The position numbers and the translations under genes are program-made. A DNA stretch of 64,000 bases from a virus: the IMG/VR virus record IMGVR_UViG_3300025626_002025; one strand, written 5' to 3'. The notes beneath the pieces are model-generated. The model did not search any database. It saw only the letters and a program-made list of their open reading frames with translations, and was not told the origin of the DNA. Of the stretch, positions 48,347-56,741 are shown in pieces (position 1 is the stretch's first letter; the number at the start of each line of letters is the position of its first letter).

Positions 48347-49286
48347 AACTTGATGTACTTAATAATCCACTATACGCACACTTATTAGAATTAATATATG
48401 GAAGTATAGATAGTTCTTTTGCCTTTGCCTCAACCATTACATCTACATTGTTACCATATAAGTTTGGTAAATCATTAATGTAATCAGAGTGAGCTTGTGG
48501 TTTGAGTTTATCGTTTTCTTCATGTAATGCCTTTGATTCGGAATAATGAACCATTGGTGTAATACCTTCAGGCCATGTAGAGATTGCTAACTCTAATGCC
48601 TCTTGTTCTGATAAACCACCTGTGTTGAACTTGTGGTGATGGTAATCAAATACAATAGGAATACCAATACGTTCATGTATGTACATCAAATCTTTTACAG
48701 AGTACATAGATGCTTTATCATCGTTCTCTACTGTTAACCTTCCTTGTACTGCTGGTGATAGTTTCTCAAAGTTCTTACAGAATCTATCCATAGCAGATAT
48801 CTTATCACCATACACACCATTACAATGAATGTTTAGTTTGTTATATGGAGTACGAGATAATCCTAACATATCAAATATCTTACCATGAACTTCTAAATCA
48901 GTAATGGTATTCTTTACAACGTGCTCACGAGGAGATACTAATACGTTAAAAGGACCAGGATGTGATGTGATACGAATACCATTATCAGTAGCATATTTAC
49001 CACACGCTTTTAATATAGTTTCTATTCTGTTATAGTATGGAGAACTTTCTATATCATATTCAGAAGCCCATGGGAACATCTCCGAAGATAATCTGAAACA
49101 TTTAATGTTGTTGGTATTGTTCCACTCTAAAATAGTGAACAAATCTCGTGAGTTTTGTAATCCTAACTCACCAGCATATTCTACACCCCTCTCTAAGAAT
49201 GTACGTTTAATCATTGAACGATTTGTAGTAACTTTTGGTTTCTGAGAACCAAGAGTCATGTTGATACAGGCATAACCTAAATTCAT
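48339..49286 (-). CDS. uvsE: UV damage endonuclease
   Basis: LGYACIN, FRLSSEMFP, HPGPF, ENDD, VFDYHHH, HYSES, AHSD and EAKAKE. Confidence 0.93.
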   Translation of the reverse strand: MNLGYACINMTLGSQKPKVTTNRSMIKRTFLERGVEYAGELGLQNSRDLFTILEWNNTNNIKCFRLSSEMFPWASEYDIESSPYYNRIETILKACGKYATDNGIRITSHPGPFNVLVSPREHVVKNTITDLEVHGKIFDMLGLSRTPYNKLNIHCNGVYGDKISAMDRFCKNFEKLSPAVQGRLTVENDDKASMYSVKDLMYIHERIGIPIVFDYHHHKFNTGGLSEQEALELAISTWPEGITPMVHYSESKALHEENDKLKPQAHSDYINDLPNLYGNNVDVMVEAKAKELSILPYINSNKCAYSGLLSTSSYE

Positions 49287-49316
49287 AATATATAGTTTTA
49301 CGTTTTATTTACAATG

Positions 49317-49347
49317 TAAATATACGAAAAATATTTGAATTATACAA
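49317..49347 (-). promoter_or_regulatory. Bacteroidota-type promoter (TTG-N20-TATATTTA)
   Basis: Same motif and spacing; upstream of uvsE. Confidence 0.65.
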
Positions 49348-49350
49348 GCT

Positions 49351-49689
49351 TTATAGTGAAAAACTTTCACCACATCCACAAGTTCTATTAGCGTTAGGAT
49401 TAGACCACTCAAATCCTTTACCATTTAATCCACTTGAATAATCTAATTGAGACCCAATTAAATACATTGAAGATTGCTTATCTACTACTAATTTAATATC
49501 ATTTAAGTCAAATGATTTATCACCATCTAATGTATCAGATTTTTCTCCAAACTCCATAAAGTATTGGAGACCACTACAACCACCACTCAGTACACCAACT
49601 CTCAGATGATGTGTATCGGTTGATTTGTTTTCTTCTTTTAAACTGTCTAGTAATTGAGCTTTTGCTCTATCGGTAATTTGTACACTCAT
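49351..49689 (-). CDS. iscA: Fe-S cluster assembly A-type carrier (IscA/HesB)
   Basis: LRVGVLSGGCSG and NPNANRTCGCGESF. Confidence 0.92.
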   Translation of the reverse strand: MSVQITDRAKAQLLDSLKEENKSTDTHHLRVGVLSGGCSGLQYFMEFGEKSDTLDGDKSFDLNDIKLVVDKQSSMYLIGSQLDYSSGLNGKGFEWSNPNANRTCGCGESFSL

Positions 49690-49690
49690 G

Positions 49691-50974
49691 TTAATAAGTT
49701 TTTGTTGTAAAATCGTCTGGATATTGTTGTTTTATTTTTGTTAACTGTCCTTGTGAACCACCTCTGGATTTAATCCAATAGTTTATAGCGTTTCTATCGT
49801 TTATCCAACTTTTAGTTTTAGACCAATCAAACCAAGGATGATGATAGAATGGTTTACCATTATATGCATTTTTCCAACCTCCGTTTTTATATGATTCTCG
49901 TGCTTCTTCTTCAGTTACAACACCATCTTTATTTAAATCGGCTTTATCAAATTCATCTTGTTTCTTTTGAAACTCATTGAAAGATTGTTCTTTATCATTT
50001 GTCATTCCAGCAACTGTAAATAGCTCATCATCTTCCTCAACTTCATATGAATCTTCTCTTTCTAAGAAATCTTTTACATCTTCATCGTTAGCCCATTCCT
50101 CTTCTTCTTCATTTAACTCATCACTATCATCATCTTCCCCATATAGTTCTCTCTTACGAACTACTTTATCTTTTTTAACAATTCCTTTATCAACCATTAC
50201 TGCGTTGTTAAATGCAATTACAAGAGCAACTGCTAATGGGTCAAATACAAATATAATGATTAGAATAAACCAATTGATAATAACATCCATAGGTCTATCT
50301 AACAACCCACTAAGATATTCAAGTGGTCCTAATTCAGATGATACACCTTCCATAGATTCTAAATCCAATATCTGTAACTGTATTCCTTGAAGTGAATCAG
50401 ATGCTACTTCTCTTTTGGATTGAACACCTTTACGATTTTGTTCTTCAACTTCGATACGTTTCGCTGCCATCCTAAGTTCGGAAGTAGAGATGGTTGTTCT
50501 AACGCCCCCAACCACCGAGGTGTCTCGTACTTGGATTGATTGAGATTTCGCATTAGAAAGAGTACTAATGTTAGTAGAAATTCTTTTAAGTTCTTCATCA
50601 TATCTTGCAACATCATCACCCCAAAACTGTTCTTTCTGTTGTAGGAATGCTAATTGTTTTTCTTTTATACTATATTGATTAAATGTATCTTGAAATGCAG
50701 ATGTTAAGAATCCATAGATACCTAGTGAGGTTATAAGGATTAATATAAGAACTGCAATACTTAGATAGATTCTAAATGATTTATTTATTTTTTCCCAATA
50801 GTTGTAAAGATAACCAGCAGTTATAAGTTTTGCTAGTTCTAATGAACTTGCCATTATTATTACAGAGAATGCTGCTCCAGCAAATAGTTTAGATAAACCA
50901 CTTACCGAAAAGAACGCCGCATTAAATGCCACGAACAATGCTGCTAATCCTAATAATACTGTTCTGAATTTCAT
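49691..50974 (-). CDS. Multi-TM coiled-coil membrane protein with an acidic region and an EF-hand-like loop
   Basis: Three N-terminal TMs, a coiled coil, a TM IIIFVFDPLA, and DLNKDGVVTEEE. Confidence 0.65.
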   Translation of the reverse strand: MKFRTVLLGLAALFVAFNAAFFSVSGLSKLFAGAAFSVIIMASSLELAKLITAGYLYNYWEKINKSFRIYLSIAVLILILITSLGIYGFLTSAFQDTFNQYSIKEKQLAFLQQKEQFWGDDVARYDEELKRISTNISTLSNAKSQSIQVRDTSVVGGVRTTISTSELRMAAKRIEVEEQNRKGVQSKREVASDSLQGIQLQILDLESMEGVSSELGPLEYLSGLLDRPMDVIINWFILIIIFVFDPLAVALVIAFNNAVMVDKGIVKKDKVVRKRELYGEDDDSDELNEEEEEWANDEDVKDFLEREDSYEVEEDDELFTVAGMTNDKEQSFNEFQKKQDEFDKADLNKDGVVTEEEARESYKNGGWKNAYNGKPFYHHPWFDWSKTKSWINDRNAINYWIKSRGGSQGQLTKIKQQYPDDFTTKTY

Positions 50975-50978
50975 AAGG

Positions 50979-51158
50979 TTACCCCCTAATTACAATCTCT
51001 CGTACTTTTTCTAATCCTCCAAGGACTTCTCGTAGATAAGTATCTGCTTGCTTAGAATCAGCAGGTCTTTCTCCTGTAACCATTTCTTTTACAATCTTAA
51101 CTCGTGTTTCCATCATTTCGATTGTATCGTCTACTTTTGATTTGTAAATATCTTTCAT
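50979..51158 (-). CDS. Small hypothetical late protein, 59 aa
   Basis: Hand translation MKDIYKSKVDDTIE...; TATTTATA about 22 nt upstream. Confidence 0.6.
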   Translation of the reverse strand: MKDIYKSKVDDTIEMMETRVKIVKEMVTGERPADSKQADTYLREVLGGLEKVREIVIRG

Positions 51159-51196
51159 TTGATATAGTTTATTGTGTAAGTATAAATATTAGGATA

Positions 51197-51224
51197 TAAA
51201 AAAAGGGAGATTTTACTCTCCCTC
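51197..51224 (-). terminator. Rho-independent terminator after hsp20
   Basis: Minus strand AGGGAGA-gtaaaa-TCTCCCT followed by a T-run. Confidence 0.7.
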
Positions 51225-51244
51225 TTCTTTTGAATGATTATGGG

Positions 51245-51616
51245 TTAATAAGAAATCTTTAAAGACTTTGCCTTTCTATTTGTTTTCTTATCAATAAGGA
51301 GAGTGAGTAACCCATTATCAAATTTAGCAGTTGTTTTTGTACCATCGTAATCAGTACCAACTGTCAATACTAAATCAATATTTTTTACAAACGAAGAAGT
51401 ACTTTCTCCTTTAGTAGATTTGATTGTAACTTCTTCTTCAGTAACATCTACTGTAATATCTTTTGGATTATGTCCAATAGTGTTAATTGTAACTTGTTGT
51501 TTACCATCTTCTAATGTTGTTGCTTCAAATTGTGAATTCAATCTATTAGTTGGTTTTGTTGTGTAGATATCCTTAAAGAAGTTATCTACGAAATTTTCAT
51601 TAATTGTGTAAAACAT
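51245..51616 (-). CDS. Small heat-shock protein (Hsp20)
   Basis: Alpha-crystallin-like G..PKDITV and TAKFDNGLLTLLI, plus a C-terminal L-K-I motif. Confidence 0.8.
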   Translation of the reverse strand: MFYTINENFVDNFFKDIYTTKPTNRLNSQFEATTLEDGKQQVTINTIGHNPKDITVDVTEEEVTIKSTKGESTSSFVKNIDLVLTVGTDYDGTKTTAKFDNGLLTLLIDKKTNRKAKSLKISY

Positions 51617-51679
51617 AATATTCCTTTTTTTTTTAATTATACATTTACTATCTATTGTACCAAATCCGTACCAATTGTA

Positions 51680-51743
51680 TTTGTCAACATATAAGATGAC
51701 ATTTTGTCAGTTTTGTCAACATATAACATGACAAAGTGTCATT
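51680..51743. promoter_or_regulatory. Twofold 32-bp tandem repeat carrying TGACA-N3-TGTCA palindromes upstream of hsp20
   Basis: tttgtcaacatataagatgacattttgtcagt / tttgtcaacatataacatgacaaagtgtcatt. Confidence 0.6.
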
Positions 51744-52071
51744 CTATATCTTCACCAGTTAAACATCTGTAAAGAATTATTAACTCTTCTTCGGTTTTAC
51801 AGAACCCTAATCCGGCTAAATCACAAATTTCAATAACAAAATGTCCCTTGGGAATCCCCAACTCATCCCATTCATCACTAGCACAAGATATTAGAGTAGG
51901 TGCATTTTTATCTGGATTATCTTTTGGTAATGGAAGTACATAATAAGTATATGTTATTGGATTGCCCTCTTCATCTTCCCCATCGGTATCAGTATGTTCT
52001 TCCCACTCTTGTCTTTCAAATGTACTTTTTGTAATTGGTATAAATGGAAATTCTATAAAATTAGTTTTCAT
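51739..52071 (-). CDS. Hypothetical protein
   Basis: 110-aa acidic ORF. Confidence 0.6.
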   Translation of the reverse strand: MKTNFIEFPFIPITKSTFERQEWEEHTDTDGEDEEGNPITYTYYVLPLPKDNPDKNAPTLISCASDEWDELGIPKGHFVIEICDLAGLGFCKTEEELIILYRCLTGEDIE

Positions 52072-52547
52072 TCTAATACTATTTTTATAGAATCAGATAT
52101 TAGATGTTCTCTAATTGTACCTGTTAATATAAGAGTATCTCCTAGCATTGTTCTAACTGGTCCTATTACATTATTAACAGTTCCATCCATAACATATGAA
52201 GAAGAGTTACTTACATCTACTAACATATCTTGATATACCCATTGTAAGTTACTTTCCCATTCTACTTTTAAAGGAGGTAGATTAAGTGTATTACCAACAG
52301 TACCACTTACTGTGTGTATTGTTTGATTAGTATTTTGATTTAGTTCTAAATGATAGTATCCATTATTATCGATAGGTAATCTACCATCTATTTCTAATGT
52401 TGGTTGTTCTAATACTAAGATATCATCTTCAACACTACAACTCATGAGTGATGATAATAGTAACAATACCACAAGTAATACTCCAAAAAATGCTATTCCA
52501 CTTAATGCGAATTTTTCTGTTTGTTCTTTTCTATGATTATCTTTCAT
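52068..52547 (-). CDS. Putative lipoprotein
   Basis: Hydrophobic signal ending in an LMSC lipobox. Confidence 0.6.
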   Translation of the reverse strand: MKDNHRKEQTEKFALSGIAFFGVLLVVLLLLSSLMSCSVEDDILVLEQPTLEIDGRLPIDNNGYYHLELNQNTNQTIHTVSGTVGNTLNLPPLKVEWESNLQWVYQDMLVDVSNSSSYVMDGTVNNVIGPVRTMLGDTLILTGTIREHLISDSIKIVLE

Positions 52548-53065
52548 TACAATAACTTTTCTAATATACTATCCCAAGTTGGATACTCATTTGGTGTGTA
52601 GTTGTTTTCCCAATCCAATCCGAATCTTAACAACTCACCACTAAACTCACCAGCTCCATTCTTAACTCTATCATCAATAAGGTAATCACCCATTAATAAA
52701 TCTTTTCTGTGAGTGATAAACATTTTCTTGTGGAATAGGTTTCCAAAGTGTTCTTCAATCCAAAATCTTTTATCAGTATTTGAACCAGGATTACCCCAAG
52801 GAGCAGCAGTTGCAATGAATAATTCATACTTACCACTTTCATGTAATTTCTTTACAGCTTCAATTGCTCCTTTGATTGGAGGTGGGTTTCTGAATATACC
52901 TTGGATATGGTCAGGATTATCTTTGTATCGTTCTTTAAGATAAGGGTGAAGTTTGAAAAACTTATCAAATGCTTTTTCTAAATCAACTAAAACTCCATCC
53001 ATATCGATGTAAACTACTTTTTTCTTCAAATTTTTTGTTTTATTAAGGTTAGTACTCTCACTCAT
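52547..53065 (-). CDS. 5'(3')-deoxyribonucleotidase (NT5C, HAD family)
   Basis: YIDMDGVL, IATAAPW, K..W and RKDLLMGDYLIDD. Confidence 0.88.
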   Translation of the reverse strand: MSESTNLNKTKNLKKKVVYIDMDGVLVDLEKAFDKFFKLHPYLKERYKDNPDHIQGIFRNPPPIKGAIEAVKKLHESGKYELFIATAAPWGNPGSNTDKRFWIEEHFGNLFHKKMFITHRKDLLMGDYLIDDRVKNGAGEFSGELLRFGLDWENNYTPNEYPTWDSILEKLL

Positions 53066-53073
53066 TTACTATG

Positions 53074-53105
53074 TAAATATACGACTTTAATTTGGATTTA
53101 CCAAA
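53074..53105 (-). promoter_or_regulatory. Bacteroidota-type promoter (TTTG-N20-TATATTTA)
   Basis: Same motif and spacing; upstream of NT5C. Confidence 0.65.
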
Positions 53106-53122
53106 CTTTTTAGTGTTTATTT

Positions 53123-53305
53123 TCAGTTTATTTTCTCCGGAGATAAATGAGACCTGAATCCCATTATGGGTATATGACCTGTAATTGCTATTTCTCGTTT
53201 CTTAATAAATTCTTTAGATACTTGTAGTGTTTCTAAATCTGTTTCATTCATTACCCAATCTTTGAATAGGTAAGTTAACATTTTACTTTTAATTGCTTTA
53301 ATCAT
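53123..53305 (-). CDS. Small hypothetical early protein
   Basis: ORF in a cluster downstream of host-type promoters. Confidence 0.5.
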   Translation of the reverse strand: MIKAIKSKMLTYLFKDWVMNETDLETLQVSKEFIKKREIAITGHIPIMGFRSHLSPEKIN

Positions 53306-53336
53306 AATTTAAATTTTAATTGTTTATTTAATTGTT

Positions 53337-53534
53337 TTAATAAAAGGTACTCATTGCTGCTCGTAATCCTGCTTTAGTTGCAAGGTGAACTGAATCAACT
53401 CTTACATTTAAAGTATCAGAGTCAGCATATTGTTGTACTGCTAATTTCTTAGCTCCTCGTAGGGTTTTTGCCCAACAAGTATTCCATCCTCCACCTTCAA
53501 AGGTGAACATATATTCTTTTAGTTCTAAACTCAT
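53337..53534 (-). CDS. Small hypothetical early protein
   Basis: 65-aa ORF. Confidence 0.55.
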   Translation of the reverse strand: MSLELKEYMFTFEGGGWNTCWAKTLRGAKKLAVQQYADSDTLNVRVDSVHLATKAGLRAAMSTFY

Positions 53535-53716
53535 ATTATTTGTGATTTATCTATTAATGTATTTACTGTTCCTATAATACTACTACCATAATCTACTTCT
53601 ACTTGGATACACCCATTGAGGTCTTTATCCCAGTCACATTGGTAGTTAGCATCTGTAACAACTCCTTCTTGGATTTGTCCGTATTTGTTTTCAAATTTAA
53701 TTTTAGTATTTATCAT
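53531..53716 (-). CDS. Small hypothetical early protein
   Basis: 61-aa ORF with an ATGA overlap. Confidence 0.55.
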   Translation of the reverse strand: MINTKIKFENKYGQIQEGVVTDANYQCDWDKDLNGCIQVEVDYGSSIIGTVNTLIDKSQII

Positions 53717-53717
53717 A

Positions 53718-53999
53718 TTATAAATTTACTAGTACTGATTCTACAATTGTTTCGTACTGATTAAGTTGTTGTGATAAAGAACCACTCAACACCACATCTA
53801 TAATTTTTTCATACTCACCATTTTCATTAGTCATATCAATTGGAACTAATCCATCCTCTTCCCAATTGGGAGTTGCGAGAATAGTAGTGTTTTTCGAAGG
53901 ATGATTCCATTCGATAGTTCCACTCATTGAACATTCTGATACTCCCCAATCACCGATTGAAAGTATTGACTTAACATTTTCGTTGTTTATATAATTCAT
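53718..53999 (-). CDS. Hypothetical early protein
   Basis: 93-aa ORF with its own promoter at 54036-54066. Confidence 0.6.
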   Translation of the reverse strand: MNYINNENVKSILSIGDWGVSECSMSGTIEWNHPSKNTTILATPNWEEDGLVPIDMTNENGEYEKIIDVVLSGSLSQQLNQYETIVESVLVNL

Positions 54000-54035
54000 T
54001 GTTTTAAAGTTTAACTGTCATTTCTTATTACATAA

Positions 54036-54066
54036 GTAATATACGACTTTATTTTGGATTATACAA
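54036..54066 (-). promoter_or_regulatory. Bacteroidota-type promoter (TTG-N20-TATATTAC)
   Basis: Same motif and spacing. Confidence 0.6.
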
Positions 54067-54071
54067 GCTTT

Positions 54072-54257
54072 TTATGAATTATTTATTACTATTTTATAAT
54101 CTTCAGAAGATAACGATTCCCACCAATCAGAAGCTACTTCTTCTTCGATAACTGATATAGAGAAGTTTTTATCATAACTTCCATCTATATTTTGTGGGTA
54201 AATAATTCCTTGATTTGTGTCGAACACACTTCCTACTGATTCTAATACTACTAACAT
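54072..54257 (-). CDS. Hypothetical early protein
   Basis: 61-aa ORF with its own promoter at 54301-54331. Confidence 0.6.
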   Translation of the reverse strand: MLVVLESVGSVFDTNQGIIYPQNIDGSYDKNFSISVIEEEVASDWWESLSSEDYKIVINNS

Positions 54258-54300
54258 AATTTACTATTTTAAAGGGTTTAATTATCACTCATTTACATAG

Positions 54301-54331
54301 TAAATATACGAAAAATAATTGAATTATACAA
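54301..54331 (-). promoter_or_regulatory. Bacteroidota-type promoter (TTG-N20-TATATTTA)
   Basis: Same motif and spacing. Confidence 0.65.
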
Positions 54332-54914
54332 GTCTTTTTTGACTTATTTTTTTGGGTTTTTGTTTAATCCAAGAACCATCATCAAATACCTTTTCAGGAT
54401 ATCCAATTATCTCATGTATTGCAGTAACTACACCAGGCCAATCTTTTTGATAATCATGACCACCAATATATCCACCTGGTTTTACTTTAGGATAATACAA
54501 TGTTAAATCTTGCTTTACTGATTCGTATAAGTGATTAGCATCTATGTAAATAAAATCTATACTATTATCTTCAAAGGTATCAACAACATTGTAACTATAA
54601 TCTGATATTAAAGATATGTTATCAAAGTATCGTGTATTTATTTCGAATTGTTGTTTAACAAGTTCCCAAGAATAATCATGGTTCTCGTTAAATATCTCGT
54701 GTCCCTCATGTGGTTCTATTGTATAAATCTTATCAAATATTTGAGATGATGCAAATAGCATCGTGGATTCTCCCATATAAGAACCTATCTCAATCATAGT
54801 AGTGTTCTTATCCTTTATAGTTTTAAGTTCCGTTAGCATATCTACAAACCCAAAGAACATATTATTTATATTACCTTTGAACCAATGTGGTGTATGTAAT
54901 CTTTGAGTATTCAT
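54324..54914 (-). CDS. Class I SAM-dependent methyltransferase (Methyltransf_24-like)
   Basis: IEIGSYMGEST, IDFIYIDANHLYESVKQD and KVKPGGYIGGHDY. Confidence 0.85.
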   Translation of the reverse strand: MNTQRLHTPHWFKGNINNMFFGFVDMLTELKTIKDKNTTMIEIGSYMGESTMLFASSQIFDKIYTIEPHEGHEIFNENHDYSWELVKQQFEINTRYFDNISLISDYSYNVVDTFEDNSIDFIYIDANHLYESVKQDLTLYYPKVKPGGYIGGHDYQKDWPGVVTAIHEIIGYPEKVFDDGSWIKQKPKKISQKRLV

Positions 54915-55525
54915 ATAATAGATTTTACTATTCTTTCTTTATAGAAGTTTTTAAAAATAATTTGTTTATCACTATAAACACACGCATATAAACATCTGGG
55001 TTTATCTGAGTTGTTTGGGTTTGATTGATGAGGAGTATCTCCATGTATTACAACAATATCTCCAGCTTTTGGATATATCTTCGTATCTCTTAATTGTAGT
55101 GTTCCGTTTTCATCCGTAAAATCAGTTAGTATTACGGACATATTTATTGTATTACCACCTTCATTAAAGTTACCTCCGATTGAATTATCAGTATGTTCTT
55201 CAAATCCAAAATTATCATTGGGTAATTTAACAACAACCTGGTCGTTATACAACCAAACATCTTCAGTATTTAAAAGTTTTTTTGCAATATCAATCATGAG
55301 ATTTGATTTATAAAAATCTAAAAGATAGGTATCATACATACCTGCACAACCTACCCCTTTCCAATGAGTATCTCCACCATATTTACAAGGTTGACCTATC
55401 TTATCATTTACCCATTTTCTTAATTTAATAGAACGAGTTTGTAATTCATGAACTACATCTTCACTTATCTTTTTTTGTAAATGTACCCATCCATGTTTTT
55501 TATAAAATTGTAAATCATTATGCAT
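54911..55525 (-). CDS. PhyH-family 2OG-Fe(II) dioxygenase
   Basis: FYKKHGW, VKLP...HTD, ENGTL and AGDIVVIHGDTPHQSNPN...PR. Confidence 0.82.
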   Translation of the reverse strand: MHNDLQFYKKHGWVHLQKKISEDVVHELQTRSIKLRKWVNDKIGQPCKYGGDTHWKGVGCAGMYDTYLLDFYKSNLMIDIAKKLLNTEDVWLYNDQVVVKLPNDNFGFEEHTDNSIGGNFNEGGNTINMSVILTDFTDENGTLQLRDTKIYPKAGDIVVIHGDTPHQSNPNNSDKPRCLYACVYSDKQIIFKNFYKERIVKSII

Positions 55526-56183
55526 AATTTTGTAACAATCTTAATATCTCATCTAATGATTCATGTCTATGGTTATCTAATAAGTTAATTGAGTAAACAT
55601 ATTTAGATTCTTTTACTTTGGCAACATCATGTATTGCTGAATCGTTTGGAAATTTTAAATCAATTTGTTGGGGGTCTCCACAAAGTATCATAGTAGAACC
55701 TTTACCCAATCTACCCAATACCATACTAAGTTGTTGTTTAGTTAAGTTTTGAAACTCATCTACAATAACACACGCATTATCAAAGGTTCTTCCTCTGAAG
55801 TGAGATAATGATACTAGTTCTATCTTCTCATCGTTCTCCATCTTTTCCAATATTGCTGGTTTGTTATAAACCTTTCTCATATTAGAACGAATTGGAACTA
55901 ACCACGGCTCCATCTTTTCATTTAAAGAACCTGGCAGATATCCATTATCTTCATTAGATACAGTTGGTCTTGTTATAATGATTTGATTTATATTTCTCTG
56001 AAAGAACATATCTAATCCGATTTGTACTGCAAGTAATGTCTTACCACTTCCTGCCTTTCCAAGAACAAAGTTATACGGATGATATAATATATTTGTTTTA
56101 GCCTCTTTCTGCTCATCCGATAATGATATTGAAAATCTAACTTTTCCCTTTGGGGGATTTTTACCAATGTTTTGTGTTGCCAT
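55518..56183 (-). CDS. phoH: PhoH-family ATPase
   Basis: GKAGSGKT, ITRP, GYLPG, RGRTF, DEFQN and GDPQQID. Confidence 0.93.
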   Translation of the reverse strand: MATQNIGKNPPKGKVRFSISLSDEQKEAKTNILYHPYNFVLGKAGSGKTLLAVQIGLDMFFQRNINQIIITRPTVSNEDNGYLPGSLNEKMEPWLVPIRSNMRKVYNKPAILEKMENDEKIELVSLSHFRGRTFDNACVIVDEFQNLTKQQLSMVLGRLGKGSTMILCGDPQQIDLKFPNDSAIHDVAKVKESKYVYSINLLDNHRHESLDEILRLLQNYA

Positions 56184-56714
56184 TTATTCCTTTATAAAAT
56201 TAAAATTAGTGAAACCTATTTTTTTTAGAAGATGAATTGATTTGTGATTCCAATTATCAACATACGCATATAAACAATCTATTCCATCCATGTACAAAAA
56301 TTTCTTATATGTAAGATAATACATAGCAGTACCACTACCTTTTGGTTTTTTTACTTTTTGACTTAGAAAAGAACCACCAGTGTATATTTCATTTTCTTGT
56401 AATGGTTGATTCGTTATTTCCCATAGTGGAGTGAAGTTAGGATTTCCCCACGTCCATCCAATTGGTAAATCGTTGTAATAAAATAGTTGTACCGATGAGT
56501 TAAAGGATTCGAATCTTCTCTTTAACATTTGTTTGTCTGGAATACCTACCCAAGTGAAGTCATCTTTCATTAGATTGGATAAGTGCAATAGTTGCTCAAG
56601 ATATTGTGGATAGTTCTTTTTATTTACAAAAACTACTTTGTAATCTTCTGAGAAGTTAAATTCAACTAGGGTATCTTTCGATAGTGTAAGTTGAAATATT
56701 TTTGTTGTATCCAT
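56184..56714 (-). CDS. GNAT-family acetyltransferase
   Basis: KGSGTAM (motif A-like) and VDNWNHKSIHLLKKIGF (motif B). Confidence 0.65.
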   Translation of the reverse strand: MDTTKIFQLTLSKDTLVEFNFSEDYKVVFVNKKNYPQYLEQLLHLSNLMKDDFTWVGIPDKQMLKRRFESFNSSVQLFYYNDLPIGWTWGNPNFTPLWEITNQPLQENEIYTGGSFLSQKVKKPKGSGTAMYYLTYKKFLYMDGIDCLYAYVDNWNHKSIHLLKKIGFTNFNFIKE

Positions 56715-56741
56715 AAAGTAACATCTTTGTTCATATAAATA

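Noticed and set aside
51680-51743. 32-bp repeat as a mini-CRISPR array
   Set aside because: Only two adjacent copies, with no spacer and no cas genes.
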